This document shows, piece by piece, positions 18,074 to 29,345 of a stretch of 64,000 nt of DNA. The notes under the pieces are model-generated. The model was not told the origin of the DNA. It saw nothing but the letters and a program-made list of their open reading frames with translations, and searched no databases. This DNA is from an uncultured bacterium. Lineage in GTDB: Bacteria > Abyssobacteria > SURF-5. Where the stretch lies: NCBI GenBank assembly GCA_964607485.1, contig CAZSKP010000022.1, positions 9,054 to 73,053 on the forward strand. Direction: 5' to 3'. Position 1 is the stretch's first letter. Each line of letters opens with the position of its first letter. The translations under genes and the position numbers were made by a program.

Positions 18074-19336
18074 TCACTGTGATGTTTCCGGATACTCGAT
18101 TCCTCTCTCTTCCAGATACGTGATTCCTCTCTCGACGAGTGGCTCGACCACGAGCCCGTCGAAGAGCTTCAGCTTGTTTGCCAATCGGGGAATCCTCAGA
18201 AGAAATAAAGCCTTCTCAAGCGTCCATGCGGCGTATCCGCCAATCGTCACGCGCCCGAAGCGGGCGACCGCCCGGCGACCGCCTACGGGCATGGCCAGCC
18301 CGCGCTCGGAGTACCGAAATTCCTCCAGGGGTCTGTTCTCGATGCTGTTCCTGATGTTGGCCGCAACGAGCCCGGCCTGTTGAAACGCCGCCTGCGCGCT
18401 CTGCGGAACCGGCATCGCAAAGGCGTCGGTGTTTATGGCGTCTCCCATTGCATACACATCCTTGTACCGAGGCAGTTGCAACTTGGAGTTCACGCGGAAA
18501 CGCCCTTTTTCGTCCAGGGGAACGCCGAGCGAGCGATACAGCGCCAGTCCCTTCAATCCGCCGGCCCAGACCACCACGTCGGCGCGAATCGAACGCCTGC
18601 CCTTCAGATGAACGCGCCCCCGTTCGATCCGGCTGACCTTTGTATCGGTCAACAGGCGAATGCCGGTCTGCTTCAGGATGCGCTCCGTTTCCGTTCTCAG
18701 CTCTTGACCCCAACCTGGCAATATCTCAGGCGCGGATTCTATGAGGGATATGTCGGCCGGCTTCCGCTCGGGAATCCTTGCTCCGTGGTCCCGTCGGTCA
18801 CCCAGCAGATGCCACATCTCGCAGGCAAGCTCGACCCCGGTCGCGCCCGCGCCGATAATGGCGATTGAATGTGCGGCGCGGCCACCCCTCTTGCGGGAAC
18901 GCTTCGCCTGCGCGGTCAGTTCGGAGATTCGGTCGCGCAGCCTGAGACAATCCTCCAGGGACTCGAAGTAAGAGAGCGGCGAGTTCCGCCCCGGCGGAAC
19001 AGATTCCGCCGTTCCTCCCAGTGAAATCACGAGGAAATCGTAACCCACGCCGCCGCCGTCAGTCTCGACGACGCGCCGTTTCGGGTCGATGCCGGTAACC
19101 TGCGCGATCTTTACTCGGCAATCGCGGCAAACGTCTCGCAGCCGAAATCGAGCGGCTTCGGCAGAGAGCCGCCCTGCAAACACTTCGGGGAAAAGAGGCT
19201 TGAACTCGAAATGCGCGCTGCGGCTTATGAGCGTCACATCGAACTTCTCACCCCGAGGCCAACACGGCTGCAGCTTCTGCGCCGTGTACACTCCTCCGAA
19301 GCCTCCGCCAAGAATCACTATGCGCGGCTTTTTCAT
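18074..19336 (-). CDS. ndh: NAD(P)/FAD-dependent oxidoreductase, type II NADH dehydrogenase family
   Basis: GGGFGG and GAGATGVE dinucleotide-binding motifs, VVWAGG, VYAMGD, PQSAQAAFQQ. Confidence 0.8.
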   Translation of the reverse strand: MKKPRIVILGGGFGGVYTAQKLQPCWPRGEKFDVTLISRSAHFEFKPLFPEVFAGRLSAEAARFRLRDVCRDCRVKIAQVTGIDPKRRVVETDGGGVGYDFLVISLGGTAESVPPGRNSPLSYFESLEDCLRLRDRISELTAQAKRSRKRGGRAAHSIAIIGAGATGVELACEMWHLLGDRRDHGARIPERKPADISLIESAPEILPGWGQELRTETERILKQTGIRLLTDTKVSRIERGRVHLKGRRSIRADVVVWAGGLKGLALYRSLGVPLDEKGRFRVNSKLQLPRYKDVYAMGDAINTDAFAMPVPQSAQAAFQQAGLVAANIRNSIENRPLEEFRYSERGLAMPVGGRRAVARFGRVTIGGYAAWTLEKALFLLRIPRLANKLKLFDGLVVEPLVERGITYLEERGIEYPETSQ

Positions 19337-19652
19337 TCTCCGCCCTCCGCACGATGCGCGTATGCGTCATACTCTCTTCTTTTGTATCATAACAAATAAC
19401 GGCAGAAATGAAAGCGGCCCACATAGGCAGACCTATTTTCGCCTGGCCCCGCGAGGGATGAGACTCCTTTCAGAACGATTACCCGACCCCTTTCATTTCT
19501 TCGTCCTCTCTTTTCTCGTCTCTGTTCATTGCCAAGATGTCAGGATAATCTCGCCGAAAACCCACCTTGAAATCGCGGCAGTTATATGCTAGGATTGAGA
19601 TACAGAAGCAACGAACGCAACGGTGTTTTTCAGGAAGGCTTGGGCAGACAAC

Positions 19653-20072
19653 ATGCGGATGACGAAAATACTCTGGGCGGCGGTGGCTATGATATTCCTA
19701 CTTGCCATTGTCGCCACAATCTGGGCCCCTGGCCCCAGACCGAAGCCGGAAGTGAAGCTTCGCATGATTGTCGTCCGGGCCGACCCATCGGACCCCGTCG
19801 ACGTCGAACGCGCCCGCCAGAAGATCGAGAAGGTTCATGAATACCTCGAGAAAGGGGCGAATTTTGAACAACTGGCGATAAACGAATCCGAGGCGCTCAG
19901 CGCATCCGAGGGCGGCGAGATGGGATGGTCGGGCAAGGGTGTCCTGCCGGAGGGTCTGGAGGAAATCGCCTTTCAGCTTAAGCCGGGACAGTTTAGCGAC
20001 ATAATCGAAGACCACAGAACCGACGACCTTGTGTATCGGATCATCTATGTTGAGGACCGCCGCAATTTCTGA
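19653..20072 (+). CDS. Membrane-anchored parvulin (PpiC-type) peptidyl-prolyl isomerase domain protein
   Basis: N-terminal TM; FEQLA..ES, GGEMGW, AFQLKPGQFSDII. Confidence 0.8.
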   Translation: MRMTKILWAAVAMIFLLAIVATIWAPGPRPKPEVKLRMIVVRADPSDPVDVERARQKIEKVHEYLEKGANFEQLAINESEALSASEGGEMGWSGKGVLPEGLEEIAFQLKPGQFSDIIEDHRTDDLVYRIIYVEDRRNF

Positions 20073-20152
20073 GTATCCTGTCCCCATCCGGTAAACGGCA
20101 GGAAATCCTTCTGAGCGGCGAGAGCGTCTTCCTGTTGCTCTAAGAAAAACTG

Positions 20153-20181
20153 TTGCAATTTGACTTCCTTCCCATTATAAT
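20153..20181 (+). promoter_or_regulatory. Putative sigma-70 promoter of the signalling cluster
   Basis: TTGCAA-17-TATAAT. Confidence 0.55.
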
Positions 20182-20257
20182 AATACCGAACTGGTTGGAG
20201 GGGCTGGCACTTCCGTTCGCTGGACGGTCTGTGTGAGGGCGAAAGGATCAGCGGCGA

Positions 20258-22306
20258 ATGGCGCCTCGCAAAGGCGATATCAATGAGCTGACAAGGTTCT
20301 TGCGAGCGCATAAGGAGTCGGTGGTCAAGCAATGGGTCGCCGGCTTGCTGTTGCAGCGCGAGGTCCGGACGAAGCTGGCCGGACACTCGTCCCGCGAAGA
20401 GTTTTCCGAAGTTATCCCCAATATTTATGATTCCCTCATCATCCCCCTTTCGGTCTCCACATCTGCAGGAAAGACGCGCAAGGCACGCCTGAAGGGGTCT
20501 CAAAAAGAATACCTGAAGGCGTTTTCCCTCCTCGACCTTCAGCAGGCGCTCTTCATTCTTCTTGACATTCTGGTTGTCACCGTCAGGAAACGATACTCCG
20601 GAAAACCGAGAAAGGTTGAGAAACTCACGTCTCTTCTGTCCGGACGTATGCACGACCTGCTTCTCCAAGCGAGCAAAGCCGACGCCAAGCATCGCGAAAG
20701 AGCAACAGCGCGCGCCGAAAGCAAGTATGCGCGGCTGTTGGATATGGCTAATGACGCCATTTTCGTCCTGAATTTTGATTCCGCCCTCTTCTCCGAAGTC
20801 AACAAGGCCGCCTGCCAGCTCACCGGCTATTCCGAAGCCGAACTGAAGCGGATGGGCTTCAACTCGCTCGTTTCCGTGTTCGACCTCAACCTTGCGATCG
20901 AGAAGGCGAACGCTGCAATCGAGCGGGGCGCCGTCCGTTTCGATGACCTTTCGATTCTCACGAAAAAGGGAACCCCCCTGCCCGTGGATATAAGCGCCAG
21001 CGCGGTAACCATCGATGACAGAAGGTACATCCTTGCAATCATGCGCGACATAAAAGAACGCAAGGCGTTCGAGAAGGAAATAGAAGAGAAGGCCGATCGC
21101 CTCAAGCTCATAAACGACATCGCCCGAGCGATCGGCTCGGCCGACCTGGACATCGAGGCGGTCCTCACCACGATACTGAAAAGCGTCGCCCGGGTGATAA
21201 AGGTCGAGGCGGGGTCGGTGCTGAGGCTGGAGGACGCCGAGCTGGTGTTCTTGGTGGCCCTGGGCGAGAAGGCGGAACACGTCAAGCCGTTCCGGCTCCG
21301 GCTGGGCCAGGGCATCGCAGGATGGGTCGCTCAGACGGGAGAAGGCTTGATAGTGCGCAACGTTCACAAGGACCCGCGTTACTATCCCGAGGTCGAGCGA
21401 GCCACGGGCTTCGTGTCAAAGTCGATCCTCGCCGTGCCGATGAAGACAGGCGACTCGACCGTGGGCGTCATCGAACTCATCAACAAGGTCGGGGGACAAT
21501 TTACAAAGAAGGACCTCGAGCTCATAAGCGCCATTTCCAGCTTCGCCGCCGTCGCCCTCGAACATGCCAGACTCTTTTCGGAATGCGAACTCTCAAAGGC
21601 GCGGCTTTCCCAGCTCCATTCTTCCATATCATCCTCACGCCTGGCCGCTGTGGTGGCCCACGAGATGAAGGACCCCTTGGGCATAATCAAGAACTACACG
21701 CGCATTCTCGAGGACAAACTCGGCTCTGCGGGCGCTCAACCCGAAGAGCTTGCCGTGGTCTCGGAGGAGATCGACAGAATCGCAAACATCACGGACCAGC
21801 TCCTGCACTTCTCCGAGGCCTATTCAGAAGAGCCCAGAGAGACTCCGCTGAATTTGCTCGTCGAAAACTCCGTCGCCTCGATGCAGGAAAGGCTGGACGT
21901 GGCCGGCATCGGGACGGAGCTGAGACTGAAACGCTCGCTGCCGCACATATCCGTAATACCCAACCAGATGAAAATGGTGTTCTCCAATCTTATAAGGCTT
22001 GCAATAGCCGAGATGCCCGACGGCGGAGTGCTGACCGTTGTCACGCGGGAGTGCGATTCCTCCATATGCATCGAATTTTCCAACACGGGCAAGAAGCACA
22101 CAACCGCCGAGGCGGGTGAGCTGTTCCTTCCCAGCGCGGTCGCAAAGGGTCTGGTTCCGAAAGGCCTCGGGCTTTACATGGTTTACAACATCATCCAGGG
22201 CTACGGGGGAGATATACAAGTCAGGTCGCGCAAGGGGCAGGGAAACACGTTCAGAATAAGGATCCCGCTCAATGCCATCACTGCGTCGGGTGGAGCGTCA
22301 ATATGA
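20258..22306 (+). CDS. Cytoplasmic PAS-GAF histidine kinase-like protein with a degenerate ATPase domain
   Basis: PAS (NKAACQLTGYSEAEL..RDI), GAF (GQGIAGWVA, LAVPM, GVIELINK), H-box AHEMKDPL; N, G1 and F boxes altered. Confidence 0.85.
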   Translation: MAPRKGDINELTRFLRAHKESVVKQWVAGLLLQREVRTKLAGHSSREEFSEVIPNIYDSLIIPLSVSTSAGKTRKARLKGSQKEYLKAFSLLDLQQALFILLDILVVTVRKRYSGKPRKVEKLTSLLSGRMHDLLLQASKADAKHRERATARAESKYARLLDMANDAIFVLNFDSALFSEVNKAACQLTGYSEAELKRMGFNSLVSVFDLNLAIEKANAAIERGAVRFDDLSILTKKGTPLPVDISASAVTIDDRRYILAIMRDIKERKAFEKEIEEKADRLKLINDIARAIGSADLDIEAVLTTILKSVARVIKVEAGSVLRLEDAELVFLVALGEKAEHVKPFRLRLGQGIAGWVAQTGEGLIVRNVHKDPRYYPEVERATGFVSKSILAVPMKTGDSTVGVIELINKVGGQFTKKDLELISAISSFAAVALEHARLFSECELSKARLSQLHSSISSSRLAAVVAHEMKDPLGIIKNYTRILEDKLGSAGAQPEELAVVSEEIDRIANITDQLLHFSEAYSEEPRETPLNLLVENSVASMQERLDVAGIGTELRLKRSLPHISVIPNQMKMVFSNLIRLAIAEMPDGGVLTVVTRECDSSICIEFSNTGKKHTTAEAGELFLPSAVAKGLVPKGLGLYMVYNIIQGYGGDIQVRSRKGQGNTFRIRIPLNAITASGGASI

Positions 22307-24243
22307 GAAGATCGGGAGCATATCCCGGCAGTCCGCTCGTGAACCGGAGCCTCACGCTGAGGTTCGTCACTATCCTCATCGTCGGAGCGGCCATCGCCAT
22401 CGTGTGCACGGCCATCTTCAGCTACTACCATGCCTACAGGCTCAGGCAAGAAGGCACCGGCGCGGCAATGCAGCGGGTGGCTGAGAGCATGTCGGAGGAA
22501 ATCGACATGTCTCTCGACACGGCAATTCACCTGTTGACCCAGCTCGCAGCCACAGAGGAGATACAGAGAGCTTTCGTCGCGCACAGCAAGACAACCGAGG
22601 GGACTCTCCCTCCGGAGGTCGCAGAAGCCGAAAAAGCCCTTGCGAGATTCTGCTTCAGAAACTCCTCTTTCGGGCTTGTGAGGGCGGTTGATCCCGGGGG
22701 CACAGTTGTCGCGGATTCGGGCAAGCCGGAGTCGTCGTACCCGAGCAGGGACGAATGGTGGCGTCAGGCCAAAATGGCCAACCAACGGGAAGCCCAAATC
22801 TACGAGCCTGTGTTCACCGATGCGCCCTTCTCGACGCTCGTTCGGCTGTACGTTCCCGTTTTCTCCCAGGAGTCGGACGGTATTCAAGGGAAATTGCTCG
22901 CCGAGTACCACCTCGACCACACTGTCTCCCTATCGGGAGCGGACCAAGAGGAGATAGTCGCATTCTTGCTGGCGGATAGCAAAGAACGGAGTCTGTACAT
23001 TCTCAGCCCGTCCAGCCTCGCCTCATCTCGTCCGACGAATCTTCGGGAAAACGGGGAGAAGGTCAGGCCCAGAAGGCGCGGCAGTTCCTCGGTCGAGCTC
23101 GGCCAGCACGGCATTCGCGCCATTGCGGGGTTCGCCCCCGTTAGGCACTCTCTGACATCGGTTCCCGTCATCTACAAAGACAAAGACTGGAGCATCCTGA
23201 CGGCAACGCCCGAAAGCCGGGTGATAGCTCCTTTGAATTCCCTGTTCTTCCAGGCGCTGGGATTCAGCGCAGCAATGCTCATTCTGGTTTCGTTGGGAGG
23301 CCTGGCTATCGCGAGGCGAATCCTGAGGCCCATTCACGTGCTTCAGGACGGCGTCGAGGAAATCGGACAGGGCAACCTCGAGCATCGTATCGACATCAGG
23401 AGCGGCGACGAAATCGAAATGCTCGCCGTCGAGTTCAACCGCATGGCCGACCGGATGCAGCGCACGAATGAGCAATTGCAGCGCCGCAGCAAGGAATTGG
23501 AGCAGCGGGTGAACCAGTTGAGAAGGTTGCAGGCGCAGCTTATGCAATCGGAGAGGATGGCGGCCACGGGCGAGCTCGCGGCCCAGATCGCGCATGAAAT
23601 AAACAACCCGCTGGGCATCATCAAGAATTATGTCGGAATAGCCAGGATGCTCATGCCGGAGGATGATTCAAACCGCGAAAATCTGAAGATCGTGGACCAG
23701 GAGATAAATCGCATAGCGGGTATCGTGCGCAGGCTCCTCAAGTTCGCGAAGCCGGGCATGGAAGACATTCAGTCCGTTCAGATCAACCAAATACTCGAAG
23801 AGCTCCTCGCGCTCCTTCGGGGGCAGCTCTTCCGGGCAAAGATCGAAACATCCTCGGAACTGGCCGAAAACCTCCCCGAGGTGAGCGTCTCCACCGACCA
23901 GATACGACAGGTGTTCCTCAATCTGATAAAAAATGCAGAAGACGCCATGCCCGACGGCGGCAAGCTGACCATTCGTACCCGTTACAGGAAAGGACGCGTC
24001 GAGATCGACGTCGCCGACAACGGTTGCGGCATCCCGCCCGAGGAAGTCAAGAACATCTTCGAGCCGTTCTTCACCACGAAGGGCGTGAAGGGAACGGGCC
24101 TTGGGCTCTCCGTTTCATATGGAATAATCAAGAACTACAACGGGGAGATAAGCGTCGATAGCGAACCCGGCAGGGGGACCACCTTTACCATCCAGCTCCC
24201 GGTGGTCAGCGAGAAGGTGTTTCAGGTCATCCAGTCCCCATAG
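22303..24243 (+). CDS. Membrane sensor histidine kinase (Cache-like, HAMP, HisKA, HATPase)
   Basis: Two TMs, HAMP (DEIEMLAVEFNRM), AHEINNPL, NLIKNA, DNGCGI and GTGLGL. Confidence 0.93.
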   Translation: MRRSGAYPGSPLVNRSLTLRFVTILIVGAAIAIVCTAIFSYYHAYRLRQEGTGAAMQRVAESMSEEIDMSLDTAIHLLTQLAATEEIQRAFVAHSKTTEGTLPPEVAEAEKALARFCFRNSSFGLVRAVDPGGTVVADSGKPESSYPSRDEWWRQAKMANQREAQIYEPVFTDAPFSTLVRLYVPVFSQESDGIQGKLLAEYHLDHTVSLSGADQEEIVAFLLADSKERSLYILSPSSLASSRPTNLRENGEKVRPRRRGSSSVELGQHGIRAIAGFAPVRHSLTSVPVIYKDKDWSILTATPESRVIAPLNSLFFQALGFSAAMLILVSLGGLAIARRILRPIHVLQDGVEEIGQGNLEHRIDIRSGDEIEMLAVEFNRMADRMQRTNEQLQRRSKELEQRVNQLRRLQAQLMQSERMAATGELAAQIAHEINNPLGIIKNYVGIARMLMPEDDSNRENLKIVDQEINRIAGIVRRLLKFAKPGMEDIQSVQINQILEELLALLRGQLFRAKIETSSELAENLPEVSVSTDQIRQVFLNLIKNAEDAMPDGGKLTIRTRYRKGRVEIDVADNGCGIPPEEVKNIFEPFFTTKGVKGTGLGLSVSYGIIKNYNGEISVDSEPGRGTTFTIQLPVVSEKVFQVIQSP

Positions 24244-24267
24244 TGTGAGGCGAGAGGAGGAGCGTCA

Positions 24268-24915
24268 GTGGCGGAAAAGAGCAGGATACTGGTAATAGAC
24301 GACGAGAAACGGATGTGCGACAGCATAAAGGTGCTCCTGTCAAACATCGGTTACGAGGTGGACACCGCCGAAAACGGCCGGACTGGAATAGACAGGCTGA
24401 AATCCAATCAGTATGGGCTCGTCATCACCGACCTGATGATGCCGGAACTGGACGGCTTTGCCGTGATGAAATACATCAAGGAAAACTGCGCGAACACGCT
24501 CGTGATTGTCATCACGGGATACGCATCGGTGGAGTCGGCCGTCAGAGCCATAAGGAGCGGCGCCTACGACTACATCCTTAAACCGTTTGACTTCGAGATT
24601 ATCAAGATTTCCGTCGAACGCGCATGGGACAAACTGAAGCTGGAGAAGGAGCTGGAGAAGACACGCAAGCTCGCCCAGGTGGCCGAACGAGCAATCACGC
24701 TGAACAGTGAACTCAACAATCCCCTGTCGGTCACCTCGGGCTTCTCTCAATTGCTGCAGATTCGACTCGAAGGAAGCTCCGACGATACCATGAGGCGTCA
24801 GGTCAACTCGATCGTCAAGGCATCGGAAACCATGCATCAGATGACCACCCAGTTTCGACGCTTCGCTCTGAACCTGTTGAACGAAAACGCGGAACAAGAC
24901 CTCGGTATGGTCTAG
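24268..24915 (+). CDS. Response regulator with a C-terminal HisKA-like helix pair lacking His
   Basis: Receiver motifs IDDE, TDLMMP, ITGY and KP; tail TLNSELNNPL. Confidence 0.88.
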   Translation: MAEKSRILVIDDEKRMCDSIKVLLSNIGYEVDTAENGRTGIDRLKSNQYGLVITDLMMPELDGFAVMKYIKENCANTLVIVITGYASVESAVRAIRSGAYDYILKPFDFEIIKISVERAWDKLKLEKELEKTRKLAQVAERAITLNSELNNPLSVTSGFSQLLQIRLEGSSDDTMRRQVNSIVKASETMHQMTTQFRRFALNLLNENAEQDLGMV

Positions 24916-24933
24916 ACCTCAGAGGAGACGGGA

Positions 24934-25317
24934 ATGGCGGAAACCAGACACGTGCTGATTGTTGACGATAACGATGAAGTTCGGCAGCTTTTCTGCGACC
25001 TCATCGAAATGCTCGGTTTCACGCCCCGAGCGGTCGGCAGCGGTGTGGCCGCGCTTCAGCAGCTCAAAGTCAATCCCTTCGACCTGGTTATCCTGGACAT
25101 GCGGATGCCCGACCTCAACGGGCTTGACACTTTCAAGGCGATTCGCCAATTCGATTCGTCCGTGCCCGTGATGCTCACATCCGGCTTCGGAATGGACAAG
25201 AGCGTTCAAGAAGCTCTCAGCATGGGAGCGCTCCTGTGCCTTGAGAAGCCGTTCAACGTGACACGAGCACTTAAGACCATCCGCGACATCATCGAGAAAG
25301 AATCCCCGAAAAAATAG
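24934..25317 (+). CDS. Single-domain response regulator
   Basis: VDDN, LDMRMP, TSG and KPF motifs. Confidence 0.92.
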   Translation: MAETRHVLIVDDNDEVRQLFCDLIEMLGFTPRAVGSGVAALQQLKVNPFDLVILDMRMPDLNGLDTFKAIRQFDSSVPVMLTSGFGMDKSVQEALSMGALLCLEKPFNVTRALKTIRDIIEKESPKK

Positions 25318-25397
25318 ACCGTTCACCCCACGGTAGCCTCTTCACCTCACCGCTCCCCGACGCTCGCTCATCGGTCCTCTGCGCGCTTATCCCGCGT

Positions 25398-25427
25398 TTG
25401 ACGAATTTTTTCGGGGCGTGATATACT
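25398..25427 (+). promoter_or_regulatory. Sigma-70 promoter with extended -10
   Basis: TTGACG-18-TATACT with TG upstream of the -10. Confidence 0.65.
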
Positions 25428-25483
25428 TTTCTGGTGACCAAGAAGAGGCAGAAACATCGTAGCGACCAGTCCGGAGGCGGAGA

Positions 25484-25630
25484 ATGAAGCTCGAAAATTT
25501 CTCGTATCATGTCGCCGTGAAAACTCTCGAACTACTTGAGAAACAATATAATTACAAGATTCCGGAAAAGGTAAAAAAGGAAATAGCCGAGGCCGTGGTC
25601 GGTCAGATAGACTCATTCATCGAGGCGTAG
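25484..25630 (+). CDS. Small hypothetical protein (48 aa)
   Basis: Below the ORF-track cutoff. GGAGG SD, own promoter, and sequence MKLENFSYHVAVKTLELLEKQYNYKIPEKVKKEIAEAVVGQIDSFIEA. Confidence 0.7.
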   Translation: MKLENFSYHVAVKTLELLEKQYNYKIPEKVKKEIAEAVVGQIDSFIEA

Positions 25631-25697
25631 CGTCATTCGCGTCATCCGCGTTTCCGCGCCCGAGCGGACACCTTCGGCGGCCTCCGGCTCAGCGGCC

Positions 25698-26369
25698 ATG
25701 GGAATATTCGGCAGATTGGCAGGTCCGCCCAAATTCGACGAAGCCCGTCGCCTGATGGTCGAGAGACAGCTTCGCTCCCGCGGCATCAAGGACGAGAGAG
25801 TCCTTGCGGCCATGATGCTCGTGCCCCGTCACGAATTCGTGTCCGACGAACTGAAGAGCCAGGCCTACGAAGACCATCCGCTCGCGATCGGGGAAGAGCA
25901 GACGATATCGCAGCCGTTCATGGTCGCCATCATGACGCAGGAACTCGAGCTCAAGTCATCCGACGTCGTGCTCGAAATCGGCGCGGGAAGCGGCTACCAG
26001 GCGGCCGTGCTTTCGAGACTCGCATCGAACGTGTACACGATAGAGAGACACCAGCGCCTTGCTTGCTTGGCGTATGCTACGCTGACGAAACTCGGTTACC
26101 GCAACGTCACCGTACTATGCAACGATGGCAGCGGAGGTCTTCCCGAGCGCGCGCCCTTCGACGGGATCATAGTCACGGCCGCGGCCCCGGAGATTCCGCA
26201 GGTACTGCTCGATCAGCTCAGCGAGGGCGGCAGGCTGGTCATACCCGTGGGACAGAAGATGCTTCAGGTTTGTAAGCGGATAACAAGGCGGGCGGACAGT
26301 TATGAGGTCCGCGACGTTACGGGCTGCGTGTTTGTCCCGCTCATAGGAAGGTTCGGTTGGGAGATTTGA
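25698..26369 (+). CDS. pcm: Protein-L-isoaspartate O-methyltransferase
   Basis: [34 protein letters not shown] and FVPL motifs. Confidence 0.95.
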   Translation: MGIFGRLAGPPKFDEARRLMVERQLRSRGIKDERVLAAMMLVPRHEFVSDELKSQAYEDHPLAIGEEQTISQPFMVAIMTQELELKSSDVVLEIGAGSGYQAAVLSRLASNVYTIERHQRLACLAYATLTKLGYRNVTVLCNDGSGGLPERAPFDGIIVTAAAPEIPQVLLDQLSEGGRLVIPVGQKMLQVCKRITRRADSYEVRDVTGCVFVPLIGRFGWEI

Positions 26370-29251
26370 TGCGAATGGATGACCGCTTCATCGTCATAAG
26401 GGGAGCCAAAGAGCATAATCTGAAGAACATAGATTTGCGCATCCCCCGCGACAGGCTCGTCGTGATAACCGGCCTCAGCGGCTCGGGCAAGTCGAGCCTC
26501 GCGTTCGACACCATCTACGCCGAGGGCCAGCGCCGCTACGTCGAGAGCCTCTCCGCATACGCCCGCCAGTTCCTCGAACAGATGCAGAAGCCCGACGTCG
26601 AGCACATCGAGGGCCTGTCACCCGCGATATCCATAGAACAGAAGAGCGCGGGAAGAAACCCGCGGTCCACGGTCGGGACCGTCACGGAGATATACGACTA
26701 CCTCAGGGTGCTGTTCGCCCGGATAGGAACTCCCCACTGCTACAAGTGCGGCAAGGTGATCTCATCCCAGACGGCGCAGGAGATCACCGACCAGATCGCC
26801 TCGATGCCCGACGGCGCCCGGCTCACGCTGCTGGCCCCGCTCGTGAGGGGGCGTAAGGGAGAGTACAGGCACATATTCGAGAACGTTCGCAAGGAAGGCT
26901 ACGTTCGCGTTCGGGTTGACGGGAAAATCTACGACGTCAACGAGGACATAAAGCTTGCCAAACGCAAGACACACGACGTTGACGTGGTCGTTGACAGGCT
27001 TGTGGCCAAGCAGGGAGCGCGCTCAAGGCTGAACGATTCCGTCGAGACAGCCCTTCGCCTCGGCAAAGGGGTCATGAGGCTGCTCTACGAAGTGCCCGGA
27101 GCCGGCCGAAGAAAGCCGCGCGAACAGATATTCAGCGAGCGCCTGGCCTGCATCGAATGCGGCATAAGCTACGCCGAGCTGGAGCCGCGCATGTTCTCGT
27201 TCAACAGTCCTCACGGCGCATGCGCGGCGTGCGGCGGGCTGGGCTCCAGCATGGAGATAGACCCCGACCTGGTGGTGCCCGACCATTCGAAGAGCCTGCG
27301 CGAGGGCGCCATCGAGCCGTGGCAGGCCATCCAGAAGAATTCCCGCTACTTCGTCCAGATGATCGAGCAGGTGAGCCGGCATTACGGCATCAAGCCCGGC
27401 GTTCCGTTCAGGGACCTCGACCCGCAGCATCGGGAAATCCTCCTCTATGGGTCGAACGACGACGAAATCGATTTCACGCTCTCTCACGGCCGCAACCGGT
27501 ACATGTTTCAAAAATCCTTCGAAGGCGTGATACCCAACCTTCAGAGGAGGTACAAGGAAACCGACTCGGCCGCGGTGAGGGAGATGATCGAATCCTACAT
27601 GCGGCCCCGTCCGTGCAGCGCCTGCGGGGGGGCGAGGCTGAAGCCGGAGAGCCTGGCCGTTCGCCTGAGCGACAGAAACATCGCCGAGGTCACATCGCTT
27701 TCCATCAGGGACGCGCGCGAATTCTTCGCCGGGCTGAAACTGTCGCGCACCCAGTCGCTGATAGCGGGAAGAATATTGAAAGAGATGCAGGAACGGCTCA
27801 ACTTCCTGCTCAACGTGGGACTGGACTATCTCACGCTGGACCGGTCCGCCGGCACGCTGGCGGGCGGAGAAGCCCAGAGAATAAGGTTGGCGACACAGGT
27901 GGGATCCGGCCTCGTCGGGGTGCTCTACATATTGGATGAGCCCAGCATCGGCCTGCACCAGCGAGACAACCGGCGGCTCCTGCAAACACTTCTCCGGCTG
28001 CGCGACCTCGGCAATACGGTGATCGTCGTTGAACACGACGAGGCGACGATCCGCACCGCCGATTTCGTCATCGACCTTGGGCCCGGAGCGGGGGCGCACG
28101 GAGGGGAAGTGGTTGTGACGGGCACTCCGCGCGACATCATGTCAGCCAAGGCCTCTTTGACAGGCAAATACCTGAGCGGAAAGCTCCGGATTGAGCTGCC
28201 GGAGTTCCGGCGAAAGCCCAACGGCAGCTCTCTCACGCTGGTCGGCGCAAGGCACAACAATCTGAAAGAGGCCGACGTGGAGTTTCCGCTGAGTCAGTTT
28301 ATCTGCGTCACCGGAGTATCCGGTTCGGGTAAATCTTCGCTCGTAGACGAGACGCTTTATCCCGCACTGGCCAGGAAGCTCTACCGGTCGAAGCTTGAGC
28401 CGGGGGCCCACTCCGACCTGCTTGGAACGGAAAACATCGACAAGGTGATCGACATCGACCAGTCGCCTATCGGGCGGACGCCACGCTCGAATCCGGCGAC
28501 ATATACGGGCGTGTTCACTCACATCCGCGAGCTTTTCTCGAAAGTGCCTCAGTCGAAGGTGAGGGGCTACCGGCCCGGCCGATTCAGCTTCAACGTCAAA
28601 GGCGGACGGTGCGAGGCCTGCACGGGCGACGGCGTGATTAAGATAGAGATGCACTTTCTGCCCGACGTGTACGTCACCTGCGAGGCGTGTGGAGGACTCC
28701 GATACAACCGCGAGACGCTGGCCGTGACGTACAAGGGAAAGAGCATTGCAGACGTGCTCGACATGACCGTCGAGAGCGCGCTCGATTTCTTCTCCGAGAT
28801 ACCGGCGATAAAGCAGAAGCTGCAGACCCTGTTCGACGTCGGGCTGGGGTACATAAAGCTTGGGCAATCATCGACGACGCTCTCGGGCGGCGAGGCACAG
28901 CGCGTCAAGCTTTCCACCGAGCTGTCTCGGCGAGATACCGGCAGGACGCTCTATATCCTGGATGAGCCGACAACGGGACTGCATTTCGACGACATCAAGC
29001 GGCTCCTTGCGATTCTGGGACGTCTGGTCGATGCCGGCAATACCGTGATAGTGATCGAACACAACCTCGACGTCATCAAGACTGCCGATTACATAATCGA
29101 CCTCGGTCCCGAGGGCGGCGACGAGGGTGGATACGTGGTGGCGACCGGCACGCCCGAGGAGGTCGCCGCCCGCAAGGATTCCTACACCGGCAAATATCTG
29201 AAGCCGATACTGGAAAGAAGAACCGGCGTTGGTTCTCGGAGCGCAGTCTGA
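26369..29251 (+). CDS. uvrA: Excinuclease ABC subunit A
   Basis: GAKEHNLKN, two Walker A motifs ([18 protein letters not shown]), LSGGEAQR and Zn fingers; start overlaps the pcm stop (TGATG). Confidence 0.98.
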   Translation: MRMDDRFIVIRGAKEHNLKNIDLRIPRDRLVVITGLSGSGKSSLAFDTIYAEGQRRYVESLSAYARQFLEQMQKPDVEHIEGLSPAISIEQKSAGRNPRSTVGTVTEIYDYLRVLFARIGTPHCYKCGKVISSQTAQEITDQIASMPDGARLTLLAPLVRGRKGEYRHIFENVRKEGYVRVRVDGKIYDVNEDIKLAKRKTHDVDVVVDRLVAKQGARSRLNDSVETALRLGKGVMRLLYEVPGAGRRKPREQIFSERLACIECGISYAELEPRMFSFNSPHGACAACGGLGSSMEIDPDLVVPDHSKSLREGAIEPWQAIQKNSRYFVQMIEQVSRHYGIKPGVPFRDLDPQHREILLYGSNDDEIDFTLSHGRNRYMFQKSFEGVIPNLQRRYKETDSAAVREMIESYMRPRPCSACGGARLKPESLAVRLSDRNIAEVTSLSIRDAREFFAGLKLSRTQSLIAGRILKEMQERLNFLLNVGLDYLTLDRSAGTLAGGEAQRIRLATQVGSGLVGVLYILDEPSIGLHQRDNRRLLQTLLRLRDLGNTVIVVEHDEATIRTADFVIDLGPGAGAHGGEVVVTGTPRDIMSAKASLTGKYLSGKLRIELPEFRRKPNGSSLTLVGARHNNLKEADVEFPLSQFICVTGVSGSGKSSLVDETLYPALARKLYRSKLEPGAHSDLLGTENIDKVIDIDQSPIGRTPRSNPATYTGVFTHIRELFSKVPQSKVRGYRPGRFSFNVKGGRCEACTGDGVIKIEMHFLPDVYVTCEACGGLRYNRETLAVTYKGKSIADVLDMTVESALDFFSEIPAIKQKLQTLFDVGLGYIKLGQSSTTLSGGEAQRVKLSTELSRRDTGRTLYILDEPTTGLHFDDIKRLLAILGRLVDAGNTVIVIEHNLDVIKTADYIIDLGPEGGDEGGYVVATGTPEEVAARKDSYTGKYLKPILERRTGVGSRSAV

Positions 29252-29345
29252 TCGCCCGGGCGCGGGCGCCATACCCTGTTCGAGGCCGCCGACACGGCAG
29301 AAATTGGCCCCCTGCAAAAACACCAGATTGACAGCGTCAAACGAA

